Assembly: GCA_964016885.1 (NCBI GenBank)
Contig: OZ024741.1
Span: 143,220,001 to 143,284,000 of the forward strand
Source: Eledone cirrhosa
Taxonomy: Eukaryota
Direction: 5' to 3'
DNA length: 64,000 bases
Shown here: piece by piece, positions 20,732-33,719 of the stretch
Layout of the letters: each line of letters starts with the position of its first letter
Numbering within the stretch: the stretch's first letter is position 1
Notes under the pieces: generated by a model
Told to the model about the DNA's origin: nothing
Databases searched by the model: none
Seen by the model: the letters and a program-made list of their open reading frames with translations, nothing else
Program-made: the position numbers and the translations under genes

Positions 20732-23700
20732 ATGGATGGCATTCGGCTACCCAAATCTACTAACAGCAGTTCTAACATCTCCCACCACTACCATTGTAAA
20801 CCTTGCTACGGTTGCCAAAACCGAAAATATTTTCTCTAATAGCAGTGGCAATTTAGATTTGTCACGTGCAAGACATGGATTTCCTGCCATTACCAATGTC
20901 TACATGTGTGGGCTCAAAAAACCCACATCAGACGTGGACAAAAATATGGAACTGTGGACCCCACAGGAAGCCAGAGAACACTCCATGGCTCCATTGAAAA
21001 GTGACGAGTTCACACTTGTCCCTAGCTATTGTGGTCAGAGGCTGGTAAGGATCAGGGTGACCCAGGTTCCGCCGGCCATTGAAATTCCCTGGCTAATGGC
21101 TGTTGTCCTCTCCAACATCGAGGCCGACACAAAAGTAATTGAGGTGATCAAAGTAAAACAGGAGAACTGGTCCGGATCTGGGATGGAGCTCCTGATCCAA
21201 GAGGACCAAAAAAACATACAGGAAATTCCAGAGGTGATAGACCTCAATCACGGCAGCCACCTCACTGTAATCATTGAGGGTAGAAGGCCTAAGTGTGTTG
21301 TTTGTGGCGAAGGAACCCACCTAAAGGCCTTAGCCTTCAGGCTAAAAAGTTGAGGCCACCTCTCCTGCCCACCCCAGTGACTCAACCATCAAAACCAGCA
21401 GCAGAATTGGCAGCAACAACTGTAGCAGCAATGACAACAGCAACTGTAGCAGCAACAGTAGCAAGACCAACACCACCACCACCCACCGCACCAGAATTAG
21501 CACCAGCGCCTCCACCAACCACCACGCCACAACCAAAACCAATGCCTGTGGAGGATTTTCCACACCCCGACATTTCACAACTGGAGACAGACTGTGACGA
21601 CAAGGAGGAGTGGGGAACTGTATCTGGAAAAAAAAAAGAAACCAGAAAAGAAAAAATCCTCTTCCTTCACCCTCCAAAAACAAAATGCAGGCCGAAACAA
21701 ACAAACAAACTAACAAAAGAGTTAAGACAGCTATGCCACCACCCAGACCAGCATCACCAGCCCCATCACCACAAACACAAACACCATCACCATCATCAAC
21801 ACCAACACCACCATCACCAACACCACAAAAATCACCAACCAGCAAAACAGAAACCAAACGCAAACATAACAAAGCAACCAAACTGATACACACTACACAG
21901 CATTAAATTTGAACAACAACCAATTACTACACTACATCCAACAGAACATCAGCATCTCAGTATACAATACCCCACAAATTCACATCACCCACACACATAC
22001 AAATCCCTCGTATCACACAGAAAACATACACAACACTAAAATTAAAATTTCCCAAGGACATGGGAGACTTCCGACAAACACTTTCCAGGAGGATTTATAA
22101 AGACATCCTTCCGGAGGGGGCCACAAGCAGTGAGAAGGACGGAAAAACCATCCTTCCTCCACAAGAAGTGAAGTAAGAGGTCTTTCCCATCTTTTTCCAC
22201 TTCTTTTCAACATGACCTTACTCAGAATAGGCAGCATAAATGCGCGTGGCCTGGGGTCATCATTGAAGCAGAGCCACCTGCTCAACGACCCCAGGTCACT
22301 AAATATAGATGTGGTGGCCATCAGCGAGACCAGAATCTCTGAAGCACGAGCCTTCGCACCGCTCTTCAGCGGCTACAATGTATACGCATCTCCCAGCCGT
22401 CAAGGATCGGGGGGAGGAGTTGCTGTGCTTTTGCAGAGAGGCTTGGCTCTCGCCATACGGGATCTTCCTGGACCCAGAAGGTAAGTTGGTGGTGCTGGAC
22501 ATGACCAGTGGGAAAGGGCAAGCTTTCAGGCAAGTGGCCGTCTATGCCCTGACAGGAGCAGCGCGGCCTGATTTCTTCCGGCGTCTGGAGACCTCTTAGT
22601 GTTAGTGGGCGACTGGAACAGGATCTTAGATGCACGCTGGGACTGTGTAAGATTAGCAGATAGGGGAGGAGGGTGTAAAAGCCTCGCAAACCTGCTCAGA
22701 TGTTTTGAACTGTCTGACAGGTACCGACTGGATTTCCCGAATGTGCCAGTGTGGACATGGACAAACCGCATCGGGTCATCCAGATCATATCTAGATAGAG
22801 TATTTTGTAGGGAATAGATAAGTCTAGCATAGGCTGTCCATAATTCAAGATAGTCGACTACACGGACCACAAATTCATGATCTGTGTGCTTGACTTAGAT
22901 AGGCTTCATAGACAGAAACCCGGTTACTGGAAGCTAAACGCATCCTTAACAGCGCGCAAGGCCTACAGAGACTGGATTAGCGAACTAATTAAGCGGGCGT
23001 TGATGGGGGCCATCGTCAACAACAAATGGTGGTTTGCTCTGAAAAGAGCGATTAGAATAGAGTCCATTAGGTTTAGTAAGGCGTTAGCAATAGAGAAAAA
23101 TAGAGCAGAGGTAAAACTAGTTAGAAAATTAGACAAGGTGCTTATTAAAGCCATCATGACCGACATGCTTGCGGCAAAATTGGCCCTCGACCAATTCTTC
23201 AATGCAAAGCACGAAGGCTGCGTTGTCAGAGCTAGGGTGCATGCTCTCAGACACGAGGGGATGAAAGCCGTCCGATGGGCCCGAGTGGCGGAGGCGCGTC
23301 GTGGCAACAAAGCCACAACCGGTCTTTGGTGGACCACGATGGGCACATGCTACTTGATCCCGGGAAAATGTGTGAAACTTTTCAGCAACACTTCACTCAG
23401 CTGTTCGGGGGCAGCGATGGGCCGGATCGTGGGATGGACTTTAATGCCTATCTTGACGGACTGCCGCGGCTCTCGGCCACTGAGCCGGAGTGTTGCGAAA
23501 AGCTGATAACAGCCACTGAAGTACGGGTAGCAATGACTGGCTGCTCAAGGGGTAAATCACCTGGTTTGGATGGCTGCCCTACGAACTTTACTTACACATG
23601 CCAGACTTGTTCGAAGACCTCTTGGCAGACATCTACTGCAACGGCAACAGAACGGGAGAATTCCCAGCTCTATGAGCCGAGGAGCGGTGGCACTGCTGAG

Positions 23701-24280
23701 AAAGGATCCGAACAAGGAGGATAACTCTGCTAAACACAGAGCTCAAGATTTTGGCAAAGGTGCTAGCAAAAAGGTTGGCGCTTGTCGTTGGTGGTCTGGT
23801 AGGAGAGGTGGAGACATGCGCCATTCCAGACAGATCCATCCACGACAACCTCCACCTCATGCGATACATCATGGAGAGGGTAGCTAGAGAACCTGGCACG
23901 GGTGGGTCCTTGATCAATTTAGATCAGTCGAAAGCTTTCGATAGGGTCGACCATCCTTATCTGGTGGCTGGCTTTGGGCCTTTCTTCAGAGGTTGGATCG
24001 CTGCCATGCACGGCGACATCTGCTCTGTGGTGAGAGTGAACGATCACCTTTCGGAACCGTTCAACATCATGTGCTCGGTCCGCCAAGGATGTCCCCTCTC
24101 GTCCCTGTTGTACGTATTGGCTCTCGAGCCATTACTGCACAAACTTTGTAACATCCTCTCTTTTTGTTTTTTTACATGCAGAAATGCCCATTTGTACCAT
24201 CCTGTATTGTCCTTAATGTTTTACTTTGTGTAAACCCTTGTGGTTAATAAAGAAATCGTTATTATTATTATTATTATTAT
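20732..24280 (+). mobile_element. Decayed L1/Tx1-clade LINE (ORF1 plus ORF2, internal deletion in RT)
   Basis: ORF1 has a CVVCGEGTH knuckle and a Pro/Thr-rich tail. ORF2 shows RIGSINARGL, VGDWN, SYLDRV, GYWKLN, KSPGLDG, LDQSKAFDRV, VRQGCPLS. AATAAA plus (TTA)n tail. Multiple frameshifts. Confidence 0.88.
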
Positions 24281-24287
24281 TCAGACT

Positions 24288-24476
24288 GGCGGTGGATTGG
24301 CAGTATCGGTAGAGGGTCAGACGCCATGTTTTGACACATAGAGCTACGGCCCTTGCCATTCTGAGTTCAAATCCCGCCAAGGTTAACTTTACCTTTCATC
24401 CTTACGAGGTCAATAAAATAAAGTACCAGTAACACACTGTGTAATTGCTGGCCTTGTGCCAAAAGTAGAAACAATT
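24288..24476 (+). mobile_element. Young tRNA-derived SINE with TSD
   Basis: Full head and core. ATTATTATTATTCAGACT is duplicated on both sides. Confidence 0.88.
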
Positions 24477-24709
24477 ATTATTATTCAGACTTACCAGTAT
24501 TTGTTTTGGCTTTTTATGTTCTGAATTCAAATTACACCAAGGTCAACTTTGCCTTTCATTCTTCTGAGGTTGATTATATAAAATACCAGTCAAGTACTGG
24601 TAATCACCCAAATTCACAAAAAGAAAAAAAAAATGCTGGCCGTGTGCAAAATGAAAAAAAAAATCATTAATATTATAATTACTATAATTTCTACTCCAAT
24701 TTATTTTAG

Positions 24710-24856
24710 GCCAAGTCCTTGATGGAAACCATGAAGCAGCATGCCTGTTGGCAGAGGCTATCAGTTCCCAACCAGATGTTGCAAGCAATCCCCTTCTGGA
24801 TCAAGTGTCTGATGAAATAGAACTAGATAATGTTCGAATCTGGATTGATCCAATAG
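24710..24856 (+). CDS. INPP1: INPP1 coding exon 3
   Basis: ttttag|GC CAA GTC... = (G)QVLDGNHEAACLLAEAISSQPDVASNPLLDQVSDEIELDNVRIWIDPI. Donor GTAATA. 147 nt, phase 1 to 1. Confidence 0.95.
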
Positions 24857-25439
24857 GTAATACTCCAAAAATGTCCCAATTGAACTTCAAACACATTTTT
24901 TAAAACTTTGTTTTTGGTTCATGATTGAGGTTTGAGGTTTGAATTCTGCTTCTTTTCGAAATCATGCCAATTTCAATCTGACACCTGAGGCAAAATTTGA
25001 TAATACACACATTTTACAATCAATTGTCACACAAATGATGCCACAAGGGCACAAACAACAGTAAATGTTTTTACAAGGGTTTTAAATTGATAATGTGCTT
25101 CTCAGGACATGGACAGTGCTAGTCAGCACTATTTTTTGTAACTCTTGCAGCGATGGCTTTCCACATATCCAGTCCAAATATTTTTCAGTTGCCTTTATTA
25201 TTATTATCATTATCAACGGAAAAAAGTAATGCCTCTTTATGTTCCTAATTCAAATCTTGCTGAGGTTAGCTTTGCTTTTATCCTTACAAGGTCGATAAAA
25301 TAAAGTACTAGTAATGCACTGGGGTTGATTTAATCAACTTTCCCCTCTCCCAAAATTGTTGGCTTTGTACCTAAATTAGAAGCCATTATTAATCAACATT
25401 ATAAGGTTATAAGGTATTGTCTTTTGAGTAATCAAACTC

Positions 25440-26000
25440 TTCAATTCCTGAACTTGTTTATCCCAAGTTTACTTTTAGCTAGGTACTTCTACAAGGAAGA
25501 GGGCATCAGTGGTACTTTTACCTGGTACAAATCTGAACTGCATCTCATCTAGATTAACTCTAATCAGCTGTGCTATGATTCTGTGACCTTCATGACCTGG
25601 TCAATCAACATGATGCCCCTATAGTTTTCTCTGTCTAGAGCATCTCCCCGCCCTTGCAGTAGTTGATGATGAAGTTGCTCTCTCAGTCACTGGGTATGAC
25701 ACCATTTTGTATTACTTGGTTTACAATACAGATGGTTAAGACATGACCCACTATCCCTGAAAGTCCAGCTGCTTTGCCTGTCTTCATCACCTTGATTGTC
25801 TTACTATACTACTTCTAACTTGTACAGATGGCCCTCTGTTGGGTTTACTTGGGACAAACTATCTTCTTCCCATGCATTCTCCTCATTCAGTAGTCTTTCA
25901 TAGTGGCACTTCCATGCTACCTTCTTTTCAGCATCAGTGAGTGCAAGTACACCATTATCATCTCAGACACATTTCTCTCCATCAACGTCACATTTAGGAA
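25440..26000 (-). mobile_element. Decayed RTE internal fragment
   Basis: Reverse complement matches the RTE region from EKCV to MQF. Confidence 0.8.
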
Positions 26001-26051
26001 CTTCAACTCTAAAGGGATGAGACCTAACTGCAAATCTGGTACTCCATTTAA

Positions 26052-26171
26052 ACTCATATACACTTACATCACATCATACAGTGATTGGATTGTAGAAAAT
26101 TGAAGTAAAGCAGCTATATACACTTATATCACATCATACAATGATTGCATTCATAGAAAATTGAAGTAAAG
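26052..26171. repeat. About 60-bp tandem duplication
   Basis: TATACACTTA(C/T)ATCACATCATACA...TAGAAAATTGAAGTAAAG occurs twice. Confidence 0.8.
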
Positions 26172-26307
26172 AATGTATGGCTCCTTAGTTCAATTTTCTA
26201 CAATCTAGTCAGTGTATGATACGAGTGTTTATGGTTGTTTTACTTTTTGAAAAAGATGCCTTGTTTCACAATTTCCATAAAAATGTAATGGTTTTTGTTC
26301 TCTATAG

Positions 26308-26476
26308 ATTCTACTGCCCAATATATCCAAGCTGCTGAGAGTAAAGCAAATAAACATAATGTCATTTCTGAGGGACTGGAATGTGTCTCAGTGTTGATAG
26401 GGGTCTATGATGTACAAACTGGTCTGCCAATTGTTGGTGTTACTTACCAACCATTCCATCACCAGGAGGAGGATGG
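26308..26476 (+). CDS. INPP1: INPP1 coding exon 4
   Basis: tatag|AT TCT ACT completes the catalytic DPIDST motif, then QYIQAAESK...GLECVSVLIGVYDVQTGLPIVGVTYQPF. Donor GTAGGT. 169 nt, phase 1 to 2. Confidence 0.95.
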
Positions 26477-26984
26477 GTAGGTGAACTTTACTTCTTTCTG
26501 TTTTTCTTGTCATTTTGATGGTACAATAAAATACACCCTAGTCTATGCTGTGGTGTGGTTGGTGTTAGGAAAGGCATCCAGCTGTAGAAACCAAGTCAAA
26601 AACAAATCCACATGAGCAAGATATGGTCAATTGACCTGACTTGTCTTATAATGTAATAACCCGTGTAACCTATGCAAGCATGGAAAATGGACATTAAACG
26701 ATGATGATGATGAAGATGTCCACAGAGTGGTTGTGTTTGTGGTGAAAGGATTGGTGGGTGCCATAATATGAACACTTCTTTCTTGGCTCCTTCACATCAC
26801 TTATTCTGAGAAAGAGAGGCAAAATGTATCCCAGTACTTGACTCTGAAGGGACAACAGAGTACAAAGGCCCAGAACAAATACTGCAAGGCAATCTATCCA
26901 ACACCGTAACAACTTTTCCAATTCCCCACTTAGGGTTGGTAATAATCAAAAGAGAACTATTATTGAATGATGCTTATTTGCAAT

Positions 26985-27415
26985 ATAATAATTGTTTCTA
27001 ATATATGTTCAGGCCAGTAATTTCGGGGGAGGGGAAATTTAATTAAATACTGACACCAATATTTTACATAGTGCTTAGTTTATCAAATCAGGAAAAATGA
27101 AAGGCTTTGGTAGGATTTTAATGTAAAGGGTTGTAACTAAATGTATTTGCCCAATGCTCTACTGATCCTGCAAAATCACTGCCTTCATTCATAATATAAT
27201 AATGATTTCTACTTTAAGCACAAATCTAGTTAATTTGGGGGAATGTAAAGAGGATTATAGCAAACCTAGTACTTAACTGGTACTTTATTTTATCTATCCT
27301 GAAAGACACAGTTGACCTTGGCAGGAGTCGAACTCAGAGTGCAGAGTACTAGGACAAATACTGTAAAACATTCTGTCCAATGTTCTTAATGATTCTGTTA
27401 ATCCACTACCCTTCA
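26985..27415 (-). mobile_element. Two adjacent decayed SINEs
   Basis: Two tail-core-head units in minus orientation. Confidence 0.7.
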
Positions 27416-27420
27416 TAATA

Positions 27421-28226
27421 TCTAAACTATAATAAAGTAAGGAGTGTGAAACTGCGTACGGTTTATTTCTTTTAATCCAGTTAATAAAATAAGTTGGATT
27501 ACTTTGAATAAATAATGAATGAATATTACATAATTTATCTACTAAATTTCGTAGCTGTTGATTAAATATAATTTATTGTTTATTTAAAGATTCACTTCTT
27601 TAAAATTTTCAAATGTCAATATTTCCGGTTAGCGATCACTTAAATAAACATTCATATATTTCCGTCACTAATTGTCTCCTAATGCAGTTTATATATAATA
27701 TTGTCGTTTTTTAATGTATCATGGATTACGTTACTGATTACATAAGAGAGTGTAACGCAGTCTTCATTCAATTTCTGTGTATATTGTCAATTACGATTTT
27801 ATTTGATGTATATCTACATGCATATATATTTTTATTTTATTAAATAACGTTACAAATGGGAGTGAAAATATGAACACATATGATATATACAAAGCATATA
27901 AATAAATTTACAGTAGAATAACATAACAAATATGTTTTAAATATATACATAAATGCTTAGATAACATTATAAATTGCTCGCGACTTTGTCAGAAGGATAT
28001 ATTCCTTTAATGTTGTAATATTAAAGAAAATGTAAAGGAAGGGGTGAACAACCAAGCCACCACCAGAGCAAAAGACAGCAGCGAGGAGTACTGAGCAACC
28101 TCTCTAATGATTTTTGAGGCAAGCCAGCACACTTGCAGTGTTACCTCGGATGATGGCGAGGCTAATATCAATATGCACACTACACATGCTAGCAGAAAAC
28201 CACCCGAAGGGTGGTTTTTCTGCTAG
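27421..28226 (+). mobile_element. Non-autonomous Helitron
   Basis: A|TC start. Terminal hairpin CTAGCAGAAAACCACCC-GAA-GGGTGGTTTTTCTGCTAG|T. Homologous copy at 49487-50010. Confidence 0.85.
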
Positions 28227-29237
28227 TGATATTAATCATGATTTAACACAGATACAAGGTCAATGATTTTGGTTGAGGCTTCTGTAAGTCAATTAATTTG
28301 AATCCTAGTACATATGAAAATAATATAGCAATTTCTAAGTTATAATAATTTGTGATATTATGCAACACTAAAAGTAAATGTGGGAAGAGAAATGAGGCTA
28401 CAGTGTTGGCAATTGGAGACAATATAAAGTTTGAGAAGATACTTCCGTTTCGATGAACATGTGACAACCTCCTTAGTGTTGGTCTTTCAATAAAACACAC
28501 CCTGCACCCTGTTTTACACTCTCTAAGGTGGTCGAGTTAGGGTAAAAGAAAAAAGCACTTAGCTCACTCTTTAAGGTGGTTGGCATTAGGAAGGGCATCC
28601 AGCCATAGAAACCATGTTAAATATGGAATGTATAAATATATAAATGTGGGTTGTCATTGTCTTGGACAATGACAACCCACCCAACCCATGCCACTGGAAG
28701 ACAAATGTAAAATGATGATGATGGTAAAACACAATAAGTATTTTTATTATCATTATATTTTATGTCGATAATAATTTCTAATATAGGCACAAAGCCTCCA
28801 ATTTAGGACATGGATGCAGTCAATTAGATCACCCCCCCCCCCCCCAGTTCTCAAACTGAAATGGTGTTTATTTTATTTACCCAAGAAGACTGTAAAACAA
28901 AGTCAACCTTGGCGAGATTTAAACACAGAACATAAAGGTTCACTGCTAAATACCACAAGGCATTTTTCTTGTCACTTTACTGATTCCACCAATTCACTAC
29001 CCTTTATTTGGTGTTTGTGGTAATGCACTTGAGTGGAATTCATGAGATACTGTGTTTGATTCTCTGTAGTGGCTGCTGATCACTTTTTTTCTGTCCCTAA
29101 GGGTATTTTACCTAATTTTCTAAAACTATTATTATTATTTATTGAGCAATTCTGTGTTTCAAATTTCAAATCATCCAAACAACTTGATAAATTGTAAGAA
29201 CTAATATTATTTTGATCATTATATTTATTTTTTTTAG

Positions 29238-29592
29238 GTGGAAAAGTCGCTGCATTTGGGGAATATGCTATGGAGACACAAAAGTTCATTTCTTCAGCGA
29301 TAAAGAAGAAGTGAAAGAGTCTGAGAACAAGATTATTGTTATTAGTTCAAGTGAGGACCAACATATTCAGGAGAAGCTCCAAGAAGCATTTACTTTGTGT
29401 TACGCTGCCGGTGCTGGATATAAAGCCTTGTGTGTGCTGGATGACAAAGTTGATGCATACCTTCTGACCAAAGGCAGTACGTACCACTGGGATACTTGTG
29501 GCCCCCATGCCATTCTTATGGCGATGGGTGGTGGAATTGTGAGCTACAAACACTGTGTGGAACATTTGAATCAAGATCCTGACCCTCATCAG
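29238..29592 (+). CDS. INPP1: INPP1 coding exon 5
   Basis: tttag|G TGG AAA = WKSRCIWG...AAGAGYKALCV...WDTCGPHAILMAMGGG (inositol monophosphatase family WD motif). Donor GTAAAG. 355 nt, phase 2 to 0. Confidence 0.96.
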
Positions 29593-30414
29593 GTAAAGAT
29601 ATTATAAATATTAACCTTGAATCACACTCTGCTGTCTTAAAAAAGGGAAGGATAGGTTGGTAAATGCAGTCTGTGGTACACTAGGACTAAAAAGAAAAGA
29701 CAGGATTAAAGAGAGCAGTGTCAGTTGAGGTGAAATAGTTCTGTTGTAATGTTGCTATATGATGTGAGTACAATTTTTATGGGAGATTTTAAAACTTGAT
29801 GCTAACATCATTTGGACAATATTGATAGAGTATTTTTTACATCACACAAATGATACAGTGCTCAAGGCACCATTGAATAGAATAGAGGCTAAGTTTTTTT
29901 TTCATGCTTACATGGGTTGGACAGACTTGTCTTTTCCAGCATGGCTTCTCTCCACTCATTGCAAGCTTTTGTCATCTCCTTTGTGAGCTTGAGTGATTTC
30001 AGATCAGCTATCACCACTTCTTCCCAGGGCTTCCCCTATTGGGGGTTCCTTCCACTTGGATTTCTTGGCACTTCTTCACCCAGCAATCATCATCCATACC
30101 AGTGCAGTCTTCCCTCCTGCACACTACATCTGTTTCCTTTTATACCCACTTAATTCATCTATATGTCATTGCACATCCATCAAAGCATGCTTGCTTCCTT
30201 TCTTTCCTGTCTTTGCATTTCCTCTGCATTCATTGTCCATGCCTAACTACCATGCAGTATTGCACATTGCATGCAGACATGATACAGTGCCAGCTTTATA
30301 TATATATATATGTATGTGTATATGTATATATAAAATACGTGGTTCAGTTTATTTGTGGTTTACTGAGGAAGTTACCAAAATCAGCATTCTATCTTTAGGC
30401 AGAGAGTGTATATA

Positions 30415-30683
30415 ATTAAAAACAAAATGTGGTTTCACATTAAGGTCTTTATTGATTGTACACAGTTACAACTGTTTCACAGATGGGTGGCTCAAGATCC
30501 ATGTAAATGATATAGTAAATACAAACTCCAAATCTCATCTCTTGCTTGATTAACAAGTCTAATGAGCAGATAGGGCTGGAGGCGAGTTTATAGCATTTAT
30601 ATGGATCCTGATCTACCCATCTGTAAAATGGTTGTAACTATGTACAATGAATAAAGACCTTAATGTGAAACCTTGTTTTGTTC

Positions 30684-30688
<5 letters not shown>
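30415..30688. repeat. Long imperfect palindrome (about 100-bp arms) flanked by TA tracts
   Basis: GGTTTCACATTAAGGTCTTTATT...ACAGATGGGT in the left arm is mirrored in the right arm. Confidence 0.9.
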
Positions 30689-30733
<45 letters not shown>

Positions 30734-30736
<3 letters not shown>

Positions 30737-33552
30737 ATTGAATAATTAAGCTTAGATTAGTTGTAGGCAGGAGACTACTGACAATCATCTCTGCCTATGG
30801 TCCCCAAGGCAAAAATGAGAAAGACTGCTTTTACGAGCAACTTTTACAAACAACCGCAATGACAGAGGACGGAGACATCGTTATGCTAGCAGGGGACTTT
30901 AATGGTCATGTTGGACAGCTCCAGGATGGTTACACTGAGGTACATGGTGGGCACGGTTACAGCTCAAGAAATGAAGGAGTAAGACTTCTTGAATTTTGTG
31001 ATGCAAGTACACTGACTATTTGCAACACAAACTTCCAGAAACCTGCCAACCACCTAATAACCTACAAATCTGGCGAGCACATAAGCCAGATTGACTTCTT
31101 ACTAGTTAGGCAGTGGGACAGGCAGATGGTGTCAAATACCAAGGCATACCCTGGGGAAGAATGTACCCCACAGCATAGGTTAGTCGTTAGTGATATCTCA
31201 GTAAGCAAGAGATGGAATGAGACATACAGGAAGGTGTGAAGAAGAAAGGTCTGTAAGCTAAAAGACCTTTCACTAAAATACAAATTTAGGAAAGCCCTTC
31301 AAGATGTGTATGACGAAAAAGAAGACAATTTAGAGACGTATGACATAGATAATAACTGGAATTTCTTACGTGACAACTTACTGCAGGCTACTGATGAAAC
31401 TTGTGGCTGGAGCAGAGCTCCAACCAGACAGAGAGTGACCTGGTGGTGGAACAGCACAGTAGATAAGGCCATTAGAGACAAAAGACTAGCATGGAAGGCT
31501 TGGAAAAAGGGTGAACAGGGAAAAATATACAGCCGCTAAGAGAGAAGCTAGACGTCAGGTGTACTTAGCACGCAGGGAGGCTGAGAGTAGGAGGTTTGCC
31601 AATGTTCTGTGACGGGAAGATCAGAGGCGTGCGGTGTTCCACATTGCAAGGCAGTGTGTCAATGCAAATCAGGATGTTGTTGGAGATAAATGTATCCGGA
31701 ATGATGTCGGTGTACTTAGTGTCACAAATGATCAGAAAAAGGAGGCCTGGAAATGTCATTATGAGAGACTGATGAATGTGGAGAACGAATGAGAGAGAGA
31801 GAAATTACCCCCAGTAGATCTGACAGAGGGACCAGCTATCGAGATTGACGAATATAGGGTCCAAGAGGCGATTAAGGAAATGAAAAATGGTAAGGCTGCT
31901 GGACCATCGGGAATAGTTGCTGAGATGCTGAAGGCATCAGGGGACGTAGGCATCAGGGGACGTAGGCACTAAACTGGTTGCATGCATCATCAATCAGGCT
32001 ATATATGGTGGTGTCATACCCAAAGACTGGTGCAGCAGTATTCTCATAAATTGCTACAAAGGTAAAGGGGATGCTCTGGAGAGGAGCAATTATAGGGGTA
32101 TGAAACTGATGGATCAGGTTATGAAAGTAGCAGAAAGGATATTAGCACAACTAATTAGAGAAAGGGTCAAACTAGATGAGATGCAGTTTGGTTTTGTGCC
32201 TGGGAAGAGTACAACAGATGCCCTGTTCTTGGTGAGACAATTACAAGAGAGGTTCTTAGAGAAAAATAAGCCACTATACTTAGCCTTTGTTGACCTAGAG
32301 AAGGCCTTTGATAGAGTACTCCGATCTGTCATCTGGTGGTCCCTAAGGAAACTAGGTGTTGAGGAATGGCTTGTGAGGACAGTGCAAACTTTGTACAGAG
32401 GTACTCTCAGTAAAGTCAAGGTAGGAATGGAGTTTAGTGAGGAATTCCAGATACAAGTAGGAATACATCAAGGTTCGGTCCTCAGCCCGCTCTTGTTCAT
32501 TATAGTCCTCCAAGCCATAACAGAGGAGTTTAAGACTGGCTGTCCATGGGAACTTCTCTATGCTGACAATCTGGTTCTTATAGCAGAATCAGTAGAGGAG
32601 CTAGAGAATAAATTCTGGCTATGGAAACAGCAGTTGGAAGCAAGAGGACTGAGAGTGAACCTAGCTAAGACAAAAGTGTTGATGAGTAGAAAAGAGGACA
32701 AAACTCTGATTCCGTTAGGGAAATGGCCATGTTCGATATGCAGAAAAGGAACTGGCATAAATTCTATAAAATGCACACAATGCAGATCCTCGGTACACAA
32801 GAGATGTAGCGGGATAGCAGGCAAACTAACAGGTAGGGAGAAATATGTATGCAGTAGATGTACAGGGAAATTAGACAGTAGAAGTCGCATTGATAGACAC
32901 ATTTTCAAATGCAGGCGGGTGCTATAGAAGTGGTGGATAGTTTCCGGTAACTAGGAGATCAGGTTAGCATGGAAAGCGGGGTATTCTGAGACCATAGCAT
33001 CTAGAATAAGGACGGGTTGGAAGAAGTTTAGGGAGCTGCTTCCTCTGCTGACGAAGAAGGGTTTCTCCCTGCGTAAGAAAGGCCGGATAAATGATGCCTG
33101 TGTGAGGAGCGCGATGCTGCATGGTAGTGAGACATGGGCAGCAACTGCAGAGGATATGCGACGGCTGGAGAGAAATGAGGCAAGCATGCTCCGTTGGATG
33201 TGCAGTGTCAATGTGCGTGAACGACCCAGCATGAATGTGTTGAGAGAGAAACTGTGTCTGAGAGGGATAGAATGTAGTGTATGGGAGAGGCGACTGAGGT
33301 GGTATGGACATGTGATGCGCATGGAGGATGACCGATGGGTGAAGAAGTGCCAGGAAATGCTAGTTGAAGGAAGACGTGGTAGAGGTAGACCACGAAAAAC
33401 ATGGGCGGAGGTGGTGAGAACAGACCTCAGATCGCTGAAGCTCACGGTGGAGATGACGAAGGACCGTGACAAGTGGAGAGATGCTGTGCTGAATAAGACC
33501 CGTCCCACCCTTGCAAGCAGGGAAGAGCGGACGTAAAATGATGATGATGATA
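30734..33552 (+). mobile_element. Near full-length but disrupted RTE copy (different subfamily)
   Basis: EN, RT (YADN), PHD and C-terminus with stops and frameshifts. 16-bp tandem duplication at 31933-31964. The ORF runs directly into the (GAT)n tail. Confidence 0.93.
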
Positions 33553-33719
33553 ATATAAGTGTGTGTGTGTGTAGGTAATAATCTTTACAGAACATGGGAG
33601 CTCATCAGGCCAATACTGAGTTAACCTTCAGCTACAGCTTGTATTAATTTTTTCAGTTGAGTGGATTAGACCAATGTGAAATGAAGTCTCTTTTTTTAAA
33701 AGAAATATATATAATATAT

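Noticed and set aside
30859-31239. Endonuclease ORF that could be labelled a host gene (CFDP2-like)
   Set aside because: Part of a disrupted RTE copy with downstream RT and tail.
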